From the NCBI GenBank assembly GCA_964623195.1, contig CAZURE010000003.1, positions 19,910 through 83,909 on the forward strand: a stretch of DNA of 64,000 bases. Reading direction: 5' to 3'. Below the pieces are notes generated by a model. That model saw only the letters and a program-made list of their open reading frames with translations, was not told the origin of the DNA and did not search any database. This DNA comes from an uncultured Gallionella sp. Its GTDB lineage: Bacteria > Pseudomonadota > Gammaproteobacteria > Burkholderiales > Gallionellaceae. The position numbers were made by a program, and so were the translations under genes. This document shows positions 1 through 11,399 of this stretch, one piece after another. How positions within the stretch are numbered: position 1 is the stretch's first letter; every line of letters begins with the position of its first letter.

Positions 1-185
1 ACGCAGCTTCCATGCCAAAGCTAAAAAAAACAATAGATACAATAGCTTAAGAAAAACCCACTAAAATCCAGGCATAACCTTCTGCACCAACAGCAGGCAC
101 TTAAAAAGTGCCATGCACACAAGCAGTGCATCGGGATATATTTGTTACACTAAGCAATCAGAGATTTTTCCGGGAGGAATGCAAG

Positions 186-437
186 ATGCTGAACCAGAAA
201 TTGTTTGACCAAAAATTCTTTGAAGACATGGCAGGCAAATTAAACGATGCCGTTGCTAACAGTCCTGCGAAAGATTTCGAGCAAAATGCGCGCGCATTAT
301 TGGCACAGGGCTTCGCTAAACTTGATCTGGTGACGCGTGAGGAATTCGACGTACAAACACAAGTGCTAGCGCGTGCGCGTGAACAACTCAGCGCATTGGA
401 AGCACGCATCGCTGAGTTGGAAGCGCAGCGTAAATAA
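186..437 (+). CDS. ubiK: UbiK/YqiC (BMFP) family ubiquinone biosynthesis accessory factor
   Basis: Motif LDLVTREEFDVQTQVLARAREQLSALEARIAELE; sits directly upstream of comM as is typical; ATG at 186 chosen over ORF-track start 108. Confidence 0.85.
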   Translation: MLNQKLFDQKFFEDMAGKLNDAVANSPAKDFEQNARALLAQGFAKLDLVTREEFDVQTQVLARAREQLSALEARIAELEAQRK

Positions 438-438
438 C

Positions 439-1932
439 ATGGGGTTGGCCGTTTTACATAGCCGCGCGCTCTCCGGCATGGAAGCTGCGCTAGTCACCGT
501 CGAGGTGCACATCGCTAACGGCCTGCCCAATTTCACCATCGTCGGCCTGCCTGAAACAGAAGTAAAAGAAAGTAAAGATCGGGTACGCGCCGCTTTACAG
601 AATTGCCAGTTTGAACTGCCTGCACGTCGCATTACCGTCAACCTAGCGCCTGCCGATCTACCCAAAGAAAGCGGACGCTTTGATTTACCGATTGCGCTTG
701 GCATCCTCGCCGCCACCGGACAGATCCCGTCCGACCGACTTGCAGAATACGAATACGCTGGTGAGCTTGCACTGACAGGCGAGTTACGCGCAATACGTGG
801 TGCGCTGGCGATGACTTATCGCGCTGCCGACAGTGGCCGCGCTTTTATCCTGCCGGCTGTGAATGCACACGAAGCTGCACTGGTGGATGACGCAACCGTC
901 TATCCTGCACAATCACTGTTACAAGTTGCCGCACATCTGACTGAACGCGAACCGCTTGCGCGTTTCATTCCAGAGACGGATCCGTCTGCAGCGCTTTACC
1001 CTGACATGCGCGAGGTAAAAGGTCAGTCGCAATCCAAGCGCGCCCTCGAAGTCTCCGCCGCAGGTGGACACAGCATCATCATGTCCGGCCCACCGGGTAC
1101 CGGAAAATCCATGTTAGCCGCACGCCTCCCGGGCATCCTGCCGGAGATGACGCAAGAAGAAGCACTGGAATCTGCTGCGATGCAATCCTTGGGCGGCACA
1201 TTCGATATAGACAAGTGGAAACAACGACCCTATCGCGCCCCGCACCATACTGCGTCGGCGGTGGCGCTAGTGGGCGGCGGCAGCAACCCGCGACCCGGAG
1301 AAATCTCAGTAGCAATGCACGGAATTTTATTTCTGGATGAGCTGCCCGAATTCAACCGTAGCGTACTGGAAGTATTACGAGAACCGCTGGAGAGTGGGCG
1401 CATTACCATCTCACGTGCGGCACGACGCGCCGACTTCAAAGCACAGTTCCAATTGGTCGCCGCGATGAACCCCTGCCCCTGTGGATATCTGGGCCACTTC
1501 AACGGCAAATGTCGCTGCACACCGGATCAAGTGTCCCGCTATCGCGGCAAAATCTCCGGCCCGTTGATGGATCGTATCGATATACAAATCGAAGTGCCTG
1601 CCGTACCGCAGGAAGATTTACTGAAACAGGCCGATGGAGAAACCAGCTCAGCGATCCAGGCCAGAGTGGAAACCGCGCGGCAACACCAGATCACTCGTCA
1701 GAACAAACCCAACGCCCAGCTTAGGGTCAGCGAGATGGATGAATACTGCGCACCGGATGAACAAGGTGAGGCGCTGTTACGACAAGCCATCACTCGGCTC
1801 AATCTTTCTGCTCGCGCTTATCACCGCATCCTCAAAGTAGCACGCACCATCGCTGATCTGGCTGATAGTAAGAATGTGCTTTCAGCGCATATCGCAGAGG
1901 CGGTGCAGTATCGGAGGATGGATATAGCGTAG
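439..1932 (+). CDS. comM: YifB/ComM Mg-chelatase-like AAA+ ATPase
   Basis: N-terminal Lon-like domain (GLPETEVKESKDRVRAAL), Walker A GPPGTGKS, LFLDELPEF, AAMNPCPCG; ATG at 439. Confidence 0.95.
   Translation: MGLAVLHSRALSGMEAALVTVEVHIANGLPNFTIVGLPETEVKESKDRVRAALQNCQFELPARRITVNLAPADLPKESGRFDLPIALGILAATGQIPSDRLAEYEYAGELALTGELRAIRGALAMTYRAADSGRAFILPAVNAHEAALVDDATVYPAQSLLQVAAHLTEREPLARFIPETDPSAALYPDMREVKGQSQSKRALEVSAAGGHSIIMSGPPGTGKSMLAARLPGILPEMTQEEALESAAMQSLGGTFDIDKWKQRPYRAPHHTASAVALVGGGSNPRPGEISVAMHGILFLDELPEFNRSVLEVLREPLESGRITISRAARRADFKAQFQLVAAMNPCPCGYLGHFNGKCRCTPDQVSRYRGKISGPLMDRIDIQIEVPAVPQEDLLKQADGETSSAIQARVETARQHQITRQNKPNAQLRVSEMDEYCAPDEQGEALLRQAITRLNLSARAYHRILKVARTIADLADSKNVLSAHIAEAVQYRRMDIA
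1798..1932 (+). repeat. comM 3' end, copy 1 of a 135-bp direct repeat (attL-like)
   Basis: Codon-by-codon alignment with 2884-3018 gives 114/135 identical nt. Confidence 0.9.
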
Positions 1933-1958
1933 ATAGTAACGCAGCAAGGTGGCCATAT

Positions 1959-2720
1959 TTACACTTCGTAGCCGAACCTTTTCAGCCATGTTCCAGAAAG
2001 TTTATTCAACTTTTCTTGCTGGTCGCTGTCAAAATAGCTGCGCCACTCACCTTCGGCTTTTGAAGTAATATGATTGCTCTGAAATCCGGTTGCTTTACTC
2101 ATGGTTCTGAGCGATCCATCAAAATTCTTAACGGAATGATACTTTGATTGTTGTCCACTGTGCATTGTTGGAGAATTTGCTTCGGCTTTGGGCAAGGCTT
2201 GCAAATTTTTCTGAAAATTGGACTTGTCAAATTTCTGTATGATCTCCCTGCTCTCATTTTCAGAAAGCTTCAAATTCAAAAAATTGCCGACATCTTCCAG
2301 AACTTTGGTGGGATTATTCAATACATCCTCAAAGCGTACGCCTAATGCCTGCGTTCTAAATGCCTGCAGATAATATTCAGTAGAGTCCATCATGCCGGGT
2401 ACAGCACTCAATCCTGCTTCAAAATCAGCATGTGTGAATCGCATGAATGAAAGGCAGGCATCTCTGACATCCCTTACGTTGTTTATAATTTTCAACTCAT
2501 GGTTTGCAGGCAGAGGCTTCCTCAACATGATATGGGTTTTTATGCAATAGACCTCGTTTGTATTGGGCTTGCTTAGAAATGCTTTTTTGAGAATTTCGCT
2601 TTCGTCTACCGGCACCTCAGTGGGTAATACCGTCCAGCCTCTAGTTTCAAAAATTGCACGAGTGATGTTGTAAGTCCACATCGATCCCGCTCTGGGCATT
2701 CCAGCTATAAGTACTATCAT
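1959..2720 (-). CDS. Sulfotransferase-family protein
   Basis: 5'-PSB-like AGMPRAGSMW, IKTH, 3'-PB-like VRDVRDACLS, RFED, C-terminal GEWRSYF...LKRFGY. Confidence 0.8.
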   Translation of the reverse strand: MIVLIAGMPRAGSMWTYNITRAIFETRGWTVLPTEVPVDESEILKKAFLSKPNTNEVYCIKTHIMLRKPLPANHELKIINNVRDVRDACLSFMRFTHADFEAGLSAVPGMMDSTEYYLQAFRTQALGVRFEDVLNNPTKVLEDVGNFLNLKLSENESREIIQKFDKSNFQKNLQALPKAEANSPTMHSGQQSKYHSVKNFDGSLRTMSKATGFQSNHITSKAEGEWRSYFDSDQQEKLNKLSGTWLKRFGYEV

Positions 2721-2883
2721 TTATATTCCTTAATACTGTATACATTGCCAAAACAATTTGGACAGATTGTTAGATCAATTCATGGTATTGACAAACCAGC
2801 TCTTAAACTTAAAAAGTTGTCGCCGTAAAATTGAAATATATTACCACTACTTTTTTTTCTCAAGACACAAAGGCACATACCTG

Positions 2884-3018
2884 CTCAATTTTTCTGCTCG
2901 CGCTCATCACCGCATCCTCAAAGTGGCACGCACCATCACTGATCTGGCCGACAGTAAGGATGTGCTTTCAGGCCATATTGCTGAGGCGGTTCAATACCGC
3001 AGAATGGATACGCTGTAA
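2884..3018 (+). pseudogene. Displaced comM 3' fragment, copy 2 of the direct repeat (attR-like)
   Basis: Encodes [44 protein letters not shown], homologous to the last 44 aa of ComM. Confidence 0.9.
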
Positions 3019-3196
3019 GCGGAAGGACAGCTAAGTTAGGTGACGCTAAAGTGGGGAAAGTCCAGTTAGTAAAAAATCCTTACTTTGATCCACATAAGTA
3101 CTCCCGTCGAAATCCGTCTCTTTCCATTCACCTTTAGTTTTCATGAGTTAAAATATTATCGATCCGGTTGGCTAGACTAATCGCGGCACGAACTCG

Positions 3197-5992
3197 ATGC
3201 TCGGGGAGGGCGCTTTTGTGAAACGGTACAGCATCAGCAATTATGTTATCTGGCTCACGTTGGTGCCATTGCTGGTGGTTGTGTTATTGCTTGAGGCACT
3301 ATTCCTGCATCACCGTTTTGAAGCGATTGACGATACATTGCTTGAGCGCGGCAAACTCATCGCCAGCCAAATTTCTTCGAGTGCGGAATACGGCGTGTTT
3401 TCTAATAACCTGTTGTTTTTGCAAAATATCGCGCAGGACACTTTACAGCAGGTGGATGTACAAGATGTCATTATTCTTGATGCATCATCAAACCCGCTTT
3501 TTGAAACAGTAGCGCTTTCCGTTGAGCCAAATGAAAATGTTGCAGTCGATGCAAACAGCACAATGTCGGTTGCTAGCCCGCTTTGGTCAACACGCATTCA
3601 AAAGATCAAGGAATCCGTCAATTTAAGTAATCCGACACATTTTGGCGAAAAGAGTCTGTGGATATTCCAGCCTATCCTTCCTTTACCAGTGGCATTGGGT
3701 GAGATGGAGATTAACCCGGCTGTTGAGCCAATAGGTTCAGTCATTGTGGAAATGAGTCGCACGCGGACCATTGAGTTGAAGACGAAAATATTATGGATTT
3801 TGGCGGGTATAACCGCCCTATTCCTTGCACTCCCGTTTTTCTTGGCTTATCTGTTCAACCGCAATATCCTTTCGCCCATCAGAAGGCTTAGCAATACCGT
3901 GCAGTCAATTGGTGAAGGGCATTTGGAAACTCGCGCTTCCGCCGGATCGGAGCATATAGATGAGTTGGATAATCTTGTACACGGCGTCAATGATATGGCT
4001 GCAAAGTTGCAGCAGGAGAATGCGATCTTGCATCAGCGCATGGAAGAGGCGGTTCGCATTGCTGCAATCGCCTTTGAATCTCATGAAGGGATGATGATTG
4101 TAGATGCAACCACATGCAAGATCATCCGCATCAATCAGGCATTTACCGATATTTACGGCTACACAGAATTGGATGTCATCGGGGAAACGCCGAGTCGGTT
4201 CAAATCCACTCACCATGACGACAGTTTTTATAAGTCGATTTGGGAAGGCATCAATACTCAGGGATTTTGGCAGGGAGAGATTTGGAATCGCTGCAAAAAT
4301 GGTGAAGTCCATCCGGCTTGGGCAAACTTTACGTCTATACCAAATGAAGGCTTTAAAGGTGAACCAATCTCGTATTACATCGCGACCTATTCTGATATTA
4401 CCGAGCGGCATGAACGCGAAAAAGCACTACAGGCGGAAAGCCTTGCCAAGAGTGAGTTTCTCGCCAACATGAGTCACGAGATCCGCACCCCGATGAACAG
4501 CCTCATTGGTATGACCCGACTTGCGCTCGATGCCTCAATCAGTTTCCAGACGCAAGCTTACCTAGAAAAAATTCAACTCTCTGGCGAGCACCTTATGTGC
4601 ATCCTTAATGACATTCTCGACTTCTCTCAGATTGAGTCTGGAAAGTTGAGAATTGAAATGACCGATCTCAATATCCGTGAGGTGATGGATGATGCCATCA
4701 GTCTGATAGGAAATGCAGTGGATGCAAAGGGGCTCAAACTCAGTATTAAGCTTGAGCCTACTATCCCAATTTACTTATGCGGCGATTCTCTGCGGCTGAA
4801 CCAGATTCTGCTCAACTACATCAATAACGCCGTCAAGTTTACTGAGCGTGGCGAAATCTCTGTCACGGTCAGCGAGGTTGAATCAGGCAATGATTATTCA
4901 TTGCTGCGTTTCGCGGTGCAGGACACCGGCATCGGCATCCAGGCGGAGGACGTTGAACAGTTATTCAAGCCTTTCGAACAGGCCGACACTTCAACCACTC
5001 GAAAGTATGGTGGATCCGGCCTCGGGCTGGTCATCAGTAAACGGTTGGCGAAGTTGATGGGCGGTGAAGTAGGTTTAGAGAGCGAGCTTGGCAAAGGCTC
5101 TACCTTCTGGTTTACCGCGCGGTTGAACAAAAGCACAAGCAAAGCCAAGGGGGAGAGCAAGGTTGCCTTGGCAACTTATAATAAAGAAGCTGTAGCAGAT
5201 GCGCTAAAGGGTGCACACATCCTGCTGGTCGAAGATGATTTGCTCAATCAGGAAGTCGCCGCCACTTTTCTGCAACGTATGGGCGTGAATGTATCCATCG
5301 CCAACAACGGACAGGAAGCGATTGAAGTATTACACCGGGAGCCTTTCGACTGCGTATTGATGGATATCCAAATGCCGGTAATGGATGGTCTCAATGCGGT
5401 TAAGTTAATCCGCAGTGATGCTTCATTGGCGAATTTAAAAGTGATTGCCATGACTGCCAACGCCTCCAACAGTGAACGTGATCATTTTCTTGCATTAGGC
5501 ATGGACGACTTTATCAGCAAACCATTTGACCCAACCACGCTTTACACCACTATTGCAAAATATCTTTCTGCTCGCTCAAAATCAAACGTTACCGATTTCA
5601 TTGCACCTACTCCTGACACTGAAATTAGCAATGGCACGACGTTGGAAGGCAAAGACTGTATGAGTGATGTTCCGATTTTGGTTGAGTTATTTGACAATGA
5701 ACCAAATGAAATCCGGGAATTTATTTCTAAATCCCTCGTGTCATTACGAGAGGATGTAGCCAGAATCGAAGCAGCGATAGCACTTAAAGACATGTCAGAA
5801 GTTAGGGCAATCGCACACCGCATCTATTCTCCAGCACAAATGATCGGGGCGATTGAGTTTGCAGATATATGCAATGTACTTAGGCAAAGCGAAAATTCAG
5901 AAAGAGCGCAACGGTTCGTCAATCAATCCAGTCAACTCCTGCAAGATATGGAGCAGAAATTCGAACAAATGCTAAAACAAGATACTGCATAA
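3197..5992 (+). CDS. Hybrid sensor histidine kinase (2 TM, HAMP, PAS, HisKA, HATPase, REC, Hpt), BarA/GacS-like
   Basis: H-box FLANMSHEIRTPMN, N-box NYINNAVKFT, G-boxes, REC with DIQMPVMDG, Hpt AHRI; start could be the GTG at 3218. Confidence 0.9.
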   Translation: MLGEGAFVKRYSISNYVIWLTLVPLLVVVLLLEALFLHHRFEAIDDTLLERGKLIASQISSSAEYGVFSNNLLFLQNIAQDTLQQVDVQDVIILDASSNPLFETVALSVEPNENVAVDANSTMSVASPLWSTRIQKIKESVNLSNPTHFGEKSLWIFQPILPLPVALGEMEINPAVEPIGSVIVEMSRTRTIELKTKILWILAGITALFLALPFFLAYLFNRNILSPIRRLSNTVQSIGEGHLETRASAGSEHIDELDNLVHGVNDMAAKLQQENAILHQRMEEAVRIAAIAFESHEGMMIVDATTCKIIRINQAFTDIYGYTELDVIGETPSRFKSTHHDDSFYKSIWEGINTQGFWQGEIWNRCKNGEVHPAWANFTSIPNEGFKGEPISYYIATYSDITERHEREKALQAESLAKSEFLANMSHEIRTPMNSLIGMTRLALDASISFQTQAYLEKIQLSGEHLMCILNDILDFSQIESGKLRIEMTDLNIREVMDDAISLIGNAVDAKGLKLSIKLEPTIPIYLCGDSLRLNQILLNYINNAVKFTERGEISVTVSEVESGNDYSLLRFAVQDTGIGIQAEDVEQLFKPFEQADTSTTRKYGGSGLGLVISKRLAKLMGGEVGLESELGKGSTFWFTARLNKSTSKAKGESKVALATYNKEAVADALKGAHILLVEDDLLNQEVAATFLQRMGVNVSIANNGQEAIEVLHREPFDCVLMDIQMPVMDGLNAVKLIRSDASLANLKVIAMTANASNSERDHFLALGMDDFISKPFDPTTLYTTIAKYLSARSKSNVTDFIAPTPDTEISNGTTLEGKDCMSDVPILVELFDNEPNEIREFISKSLVSLREDVARIEAAIALKDMSEVRAIAHRIYSPAQMIGAIEFADICNVLRQSENSERAQRFVNQSSQLLQDMEQKFEQMLKQDTA

Positions 5993-6091
5993 ACCTTAAA
6001 CCTCATTGAAGTTCTTTTATTATCACTATGTTAGTATCGTCATGCATAAATCGATCGCATCATCACAAAGCAAATTCATTTATCAAAGCCT

Positions 6092-6733
6092 ATGAGTATC
6101 CCGACTGCCCAATTGCCGATAAAAGTTCTCATAACGGATGATCATCCGGTGGTTCGCAATGGTTATCGTCGCATGCTGGAAAATGAACCTGATATCTCCG
6201 TGGTTGCGGAAGCAAACGACGGCGAAGCTGGAATCAACATGTACAAGGAATATCAGCCGGACGTGATGATTCTTGATCTAAGCATGCCCGGCATCGGCGG
6301 CTTTGAGGCACTACGTCGAATCAAAGCATTTGATGCTGAAGCGAAAATCTTGGTATTCAGCATACACACCTGTGAAATCAACATTACGCAGGTGTTAGAT
6401 GCAGGCGCATCAGGTTACCTCAACAAGCAATCCCCAATTGAGAATATGGTGACGGCAGTGCGCGAAGTCTCACAGGGTAAAACATATGTTGATTACAATT
6501 ACACTGCGGGCGAACCAAATTCCAAAGACCTTCTGTGTTTGCTGTCCTCGCGTGAATTTCAGATTTTCAAATTTTTAGCTCAAGGATTTGAAGCAACTAA
6601 GATTGCTGAAACACTCTCCATCAGCCCTAAAACTGTCGGTACGCACCAGACCAAAATCATGAGCAAACTGGAGTGCAAGAACTCTGCACAACTTGCCATT
6701 ATTGCCCTTCGCAATCATGTGGTCGAGCCGTAG
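6092..6733 (+). CDS. NarL/LuxR-family response regulator, UvrY/GacA-like
   Basis: DDHPVVRNG, DLSMPGIGG, LuxR HTH LSSREFQIF...ISPKTV. Confidence 0.9.
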   Translation: MSIPTAQLPIKVLITDDHPVVRNGYRRMLENEPDISVVAEANDGEAGINMYKEYQPDVMILDLSMPGIGGFEALRRIKAFDAEAKILVFSIHTCEINITQVLDAGASGYLNKQSPIENMVTAVREVSQGKTYVDYNYTAGEPNSKDLLCLLSSREFQIFKFLAQGFEATKIAETLSISPKTVGTHQTKIMSKLECKNSAQLAIIALRNHVVEP

Positions 6734-6915
6734 ATTCTATATAGATATCCAATTTCTACTGTGTCGGCACATTAATCCATGTTCGCAGGCAATAAGACAA
6801 AGCACAACAAGGGGGATTTTTGGCCGCTAATGCGGCGCATAATCTTCATCGCTATCGACAGGAATTACCGTGGCAACATGGTAAAATCCGTGACTTACTA
6901 TAGCGTCGAATAACC

Positions 6916-9900
6916 ATGAGCTCAAAACCACATTCCATCGAACAATTCCTGCAAAAGCGCATCCTGATTCTCGATGGTGCTACAGGTACCATGATCCAAC
7001 TCTGCAAGCTGGATGAAGTTGACTTTCGCGGTGAGCGCTTTGCAGACTGGCCTCAAGACCTGAAAGGTAATAACGATCTGCTGGTGCTGACCAGACCGGA
7101 TGTAATCACGACCATCCACCACCAGTATCTGGAGGCAGGCGCGGACATCATCGAGACCAATACTTTCGGTGCGAATGCAACCACGTTAAAAGCCTATGGC
7201 ATGGAGGATTTGTGCTATGAGTTGAATGTCGCCGGTGCCCGCCTCGCACGTGAAGCTTGCGACGCCTTCGCCACACCGGATAAGCCGCGCTTTGCCGCTG
7301 GCGTGCTGGGACCCACCGACAAGACCGCCACGATTTCTCCTGATGTGAATGACCCGGCTGCTCGCAACATCACCTTCGACCAACTGGTCGCGGATTATGC
7401 TGAAGCGACACGTGGTTTGATGGACGGCGGCGCAGACCTGTTATTGATCGAGACCATCTTCGACACCTTAAATGCTAAAGCAGCGATCTTCGCCGTGCAG
7501 TCTGTGTTCGAGGAACGCAGCACTTCGCTGCCGATCATGATCTCCGGCACCATCACCGATGCATCGGGCAGAACCCTTACCGGGCAGGTTACTGAGGCGT
7601 TCTACAATTCGTTGGCACATGCCAAACCGCTTTCCATCGGCTTGAACTGCGCGCTGGGCGCGGAAGAGTTGCGTCAATATATCGAAGAGTTATCTCGTGT
7701 CGCCAACTGCCATGTGAGCGCACACCCTAACGCCGGCCTGCCTAACCCGCTGGCAGAGACTGGCTACGATGACACACCTGAAAACATGGCTGGGCAAATC
7801 AAGGAATGGGCAGACAGTGGTTTCCTTAATATTATCGGCGGATGCTGTGGCACTTCGCCTGCGTTCATCAAGGCCATCGCCGATACGGTAAAAGATATCG
7901 CACCACGCAAGATCCCTGACATCGCCATCGAATCTCGCTTGTCTGGACTGGAACCGTTCAACGTCAGTGACAGTTCATTGTTCGTCAATGTCGGCGAGCG
8001 TTGCAATGTCACCGGTTCGGCCAGATTCAAACGCCTGATTTTGGAAGGCAGTTACGAAGAAGCCTTGGAGGTTGCCAAGCAACAGGTGGAAACCGGCGCG
8101 CAGGTGATCGACGTCAACATGGACGAGGCCATGCTGGATGGCGAGGCCGCGATGGTGAAGTTTCTCAACCTGATCGCTTCCGAGCCCGACATCTCAAAAG
8201 TACCGCTGATGATCGACTCTTCGAAATGGGACATCATCGAAGCTGGCTTGAAGTGTGTACAGGGCAAAGCCATCGTCAACTCGATCTCGCTGAAAGAAGG
8301 CGAAGAGAACTTCATCAAATATGCAGGGCTAGTACGACAGTACGGCGCGGCCGCAGTAGTGATGGCCTTCGACGAGCAGGGTCAGGCCGATACCTTCGCG
8401 CGCAAGACCGAGATCTGCAAGCGTAGCTACGATATCTTGGTGAGCAAGGTGGGCTTCCCGCCTGAGGACATCATCTTCGACCCGAACATCTTTGCGATTG
8501 CCACCGGCATCGAAGAGCACAACAACTACGCGGTGGACTTCATCGAAGCAACCGCGTGGATAAGAAAAAATCTAACTTTTGCCAAGGTTAGCGGTGGTGT
8601 GTCTAATGTCTCATTTTCCTTCCGTGGCAACGAGATTGTGCGCGAAGCGATCCACACCGTATTCCTATATCACGCCATCAAGGCGGGCATGAACATGGGC
8701 ATCGTCAACGCCGGACAGCTTGGTGTGTACGAAGAGTTACCAAAGGATTTGCGTGCAGCCGTTGAGGATGTGGTACTGAACCGCGACCCTGATGCGGGTG
8801 AAAAACTGGTCACGCTAGCTGAAAACTTTAAAGGCGGCGGCAAAGCTCAAGTCGAGGACTTGGAGTGGCGAAAAGGCACAGTGCAGGAACGCCTGACCCA
8901 CGCGCTGGTGCGCGGTGTCACCACTTACATCGTGGAGGACACCGAAGAAGCGCGTCTGCAAGCCGAGTTTCCAGTCGAAGTGATCGAAGGTCCGCTGATG
9001 ACCGGCATGAATGTGGTCGGTGATCTGTTCGGCGCAGGCAAGATGTTTTTGCCGCAGGTGGTGAAATCCGCACGTGTAATGAAGCAGGCGGTGGCACATC
9101 TGGTGCCATTCATCGAAGCGGAAAAACTACGCTCCGGCGACAACAAGCCCAAGGGTAAGATCGTCATGGCGACGGTTAAAGGCGACGTGCATGACATCGG
9201 CAAAAACATCGTCACTGTGGTGCTGCAGTGCAACAACTTCGAAGTGGTGAACATGGGCGTGATGGTGCCGTGCCAACAGATATTGGATACAGCTAAAGAA
9301 CACAATGCCGACATCATCGGTCTGTCCGGCCTGATCACACCGTCGCTAGAAGAAATGGCACATGTCGCCAAAGAGATGGAACGGCAGGGATTTAAGATTC
9401 CACTACTGATCGGTGGTGCGACCACATCTCGCGTACATACTGCGGTGAAGATCGAGCCCAACTACCCGAGTGGCACAACGGTGTATGTCGTCGATGCGTC
9501 ACGGGCGGTGGGGGTGTGCAGCAACCTGCTGAGCTCTACACTACGCGATGATTATGTCGCGGGCATCAAAGCTGAATATGCAACCCAGCGTAAGCAGCAC
9601 GAAAACAAGAAGGGTAAGGCCTCATACGTTACGTTGGCCGAGGCGCGTGAGCATGGTCTCAAGACCGATTGGGCCAGCCACGTACCTCCTCAGCCGGCTG
9701 AACTTGGCGTAAAAGAATTGCGGGATTACCCGCTATCCGAGATCGCTAAAAACATAGACTGGTCACCTTTCTTTCAAGCTTGGGAACTAGCAGGGCGCTA
9801 TCCGAAGATTCTGGATGACAAAGTCGTGGGTGAAGAGGCACGCAAACTGTTCGCCGATGCGCAAGCGATGTTGAAAAAAATCATCGATGAAAAGTGGCTC

Positions 9901-10602
9901 ACCGCAAATGGAGTGTATGGTCTATTCCCTGCTAACACGGTAGGCAGTGACGACATCGAAATCTATACCGATGACACCCGCAGCAAGCTAGCAATGACCT
10001 GGCACAACCTGCGTCAGCAAACCAAAAAACTGGCCGCTATCCCCAACTACTGTCTGGCTGACTACATCGCACCAAAAGAAACAGGCGTGCCGGATTATAT
10101 CGGTGGCTTTGCGGTCACCGCAGGTATCGGCATTGATGCGCGCGTAGCTGAATTCGAAAAAGATCATGATGACTACAACGCGATTTTGTTGAAGGCACTG
10201 GCTGACCGCCTCGCCGAAGCGTTCGCCGAACACCTGCATGAAAGAGTACGCAAAGAGTTCTGGGGGTATGCCGCTGATGAAGGCTTGGATAACGATGCCC
10301 TGATCGCCGAAAAGTATCGCGGCATCCGCCCCGCGCCCGGTTATCCTGCTTGCCCTGAACACAGCGAAAAAGCCCCCTTGTTCGAATTGCTGCAAGCCCC
10401 TGACAAGGCAGACATCACCCTCACCGACAGCTATGCGATGCTGCCCACCGCAGCGGTGAGTGGTTTTTACTTCTCGCATCCCGAAGCGAAATATTTTGCC
10501 ACCGGCAAGATAGACAAAGAGCAAGTTGCGGACTACGCCAAGCGCAAAGGCTGGACGGTGGAAGAAGCCGAACGCTGGTTGGCACCGGTGTTGAGTTATT
10601 AA
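6916..10602 (+). CDS. metH: Cobalamin-dependent methionine synthase
   Basis: 1228 aa; GGCCG Zn motif, B12-binding DVHDIGKN, C-terminal [10 protein letters not shown]. Confidence 0.98.
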   Translation: MSSKPHSIEQFLQKRILILDGATGTMIQLCKLDEVDFRGERFADWPQDLKGNNDLLVLTRPDVITTIHHQYLEAGADIIETNTFGANATTLKAYGMEDLCYELNVAGARLAREACDAFATPDKPRFAAGVLGPTDKTATISPDVNDPAARNITFDQLVADYAEATRGLMDGGADLLLIETIFDTLNAKAAIFAVQSVFEERSTSLPIMISGTITDASGRTLTGQVTEAFYNSLAHAKPLSIGLNCALGAEELRQYIEELSRVANCHVSAHPNAGLPNPLAETGYDDTPENMAGQIKEWADSGFLNIIGGCCGTSPAFIKAIADTVKDIAPRKIPDIAIESRLSGLEPFNVSDSSLFVNVGERCNVTGSARFKRLILEGSYEEALEVAKQQVETGAQVIDVNMDEAMLDGEAAMVKFLNLIASEPDISKVPLMIDSSKWDIIEAGLKCVQGKAIVNSISLKEGEENFIKYAGLVRQYGAAAVVMAFDEQGQADTFARKTEICKRSYDILVSKVGFPPEDIIFDPNIFAIATGIEEHNNYAVDFIEATAWIRKNLTFAKVSGGVSNVSFSFRGNEIVREAIHTVFLYHAIKAGMNMGIVNAGQLGVYEELPKDLRAAVEDVVLNRDPDAGEKLVTLAENFKGGGKAQVEDLEWRKGTVQERLTHALVRGVTTYIVEDTEEARLQAEFPVEVIEGPLMTGMNVVGDLFGAGKMFLPQVVKSARVMKQAVAHLVPFIEAEKLRSGDNKPKGKIVMATVKGDVHDIGKNIVTVVLQCNNFEVVNMGVMVPCQQILDTAKEHNADIIGLSGLITPSLEEMAHVAKEMERQGFKIPLLIGGATTSRVHTAVKIEPNYPSGTTVYVVDASRAVGVCSNLLSSTLRDDYVAGIKAEYATQRKQHENKKGKASYVTLAEAREHGLKTDWASHVPPQPAELGVKELRDYPLSEIAKNIDWSPFFQAWELAGRYPKILDDKVVGEEARKLFADAQAMLKKIIDEKWLTANGVYGLFPANTVGSDDIEIYTDDTRSKLAMTWHNLRQQTKKLAAIPNYCLADYIAPKETGVPDYIGGFAVTAGIGIDARVAEFEKDHDDYNAILLKALADRLAEAFAEHLHERVRKEFWGYAADEGLDNDALIAEKYRGIRPAPGYPACPEHSEKAPLFELLQAPDKADITLTDSYAMLPTAAVSGFYFSHPEAKYFATGKIDKEQVADYAKRKGWTVEEAERWLAPVLSY

Positions 10603-10616
10603 CTTAGAGGGTAGCA

Positions 10617-10886
10617 ATGACTGACATCAAATTCTCTAAACAAGAGCAAGATATCATCACCAATAAAATTCAACTTTATTTTGAAAATGAATTGGACCAA
10701 GAAATCGGGCAATTCGATGCTCAATTCCTTTTAGACTTTTTCACCAAGGAAGTCGGTGTGTATTACTACAATCACGGACTCTATGATGCACAAGCAATGC
10801 TAACGCGTAAGCTAGAGGATGTATCCGAAGCAATACTTGGATTAGAAAAAATTACAGATTCCACAATCACTGGAGAAACTAAATGA
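10617..10886 (+). CDS. DUF2164 family protein
   Basis: [25 protein letters not shown]...[10 protein letters not shown] pattern. Confidence 0.8.
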   Translation: MTDIKFSKQEQDIITNKIQLYFENELDQEIGQFDAQFLLDFFTKEVGVYYYNHGLYDAQAMLTRKLEDVSEAILGLEKITDSTITGETK

Positions 10887-11335
10887 ATCGCACCCCTTTT
10901 TTACCGCTGGCAATAATATTATTCGTCAGTATGTTTTTTACTTCGGCCTGTTCCAATCAGGTCACAACACCCATGGAGGCAAGCAACGTGACTGAACTCA
11001 TCAAAACCGATAACAAAGTAGGCGATGGCCCAACCGCATCAGCAGGACAAAACGTCACCGTTCATTACACCGGCTGGCTATTTGACACATCTGCTGCCGA
11101 CAACAAAGGGGCAAAATTCGACAGCTCACGCGACCGCAATGATCCTTTCGTCTTCCCGCTCGGCGCAGGCCGTGTGATCAAAGGTTGGGATGAAGGCGTA
11201 GCAGGTATGCAAGTAGGCGGACAGCGCACCCTGACGATTCCACCTGAAATGGGTTACGGTGCTCGCGGCGCAGGTAGTGTTATTCCTCCAAATGCGACAT
11301 TGGTATTTGATGTCGAGTTGCTGGGTGTGAACTAA
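10883..11335 (+). CDS. FKBP-type peptidyl-prolyl isomerase (probable lipoprotein)
   Basis: [44 protein letters not shown]; signal ending TSAC. Confidence 0.95.
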   Translation: MNRTPFLPLAIILFVSMFFTSACSNQVTTPMEASNVTELIKTDNKVGDGPTASAGQNVTVHYTGWLFDTSAADNKGAKFDSSRDRNDPFVFPLGAGRVIKGWDEGVAGMQVGGQRTLTIPPEMGYGARGAGSVIPPNATLVFDVELLGVN

Positions 11336-11399
11336 CGTAAAACGACTGCGGTCGTCACACCTGTTGATGCGCAGCAAATCGTCCTGTTAGGATATTTCC

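Noticed and set aside
108-185. ORF-track N-terminal extension of ubiK (likewise for comM, mpl, xth, purC, fbp, thiC, pyrC)
   Set aside because: Family homology begins at downstream ATGs; the extensions overlap promoters, riboswitch or neighbouring genes
2758-3034. 86-aa and 67-aa ORFs after the sulfotransferase
   Set aside because: The 86-aa ORF is AT-rich spacer read into the comM fragment; the 67-aa ORF is an alternative frame with no independent support
5562-5575. 14-bp match (ATCTTTCTGCTCGC) to the start of the comM repeat, inside the kinase gene
   Set aside because: Lies in frame within an intact coding region with no flanking similarity; plausibly chance
6734-6915. Possible SAM or cobalamin riboswitch before metH
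   Set aside because: No recognisable aptamer core; only a TG-extended -10-like TGGTAAAAT
9988-10617. Long antisense ORFs over metH, thiC, sheath and other genes
   Set aside because: Shadow frames of well-supported genes with no recognisable motifs
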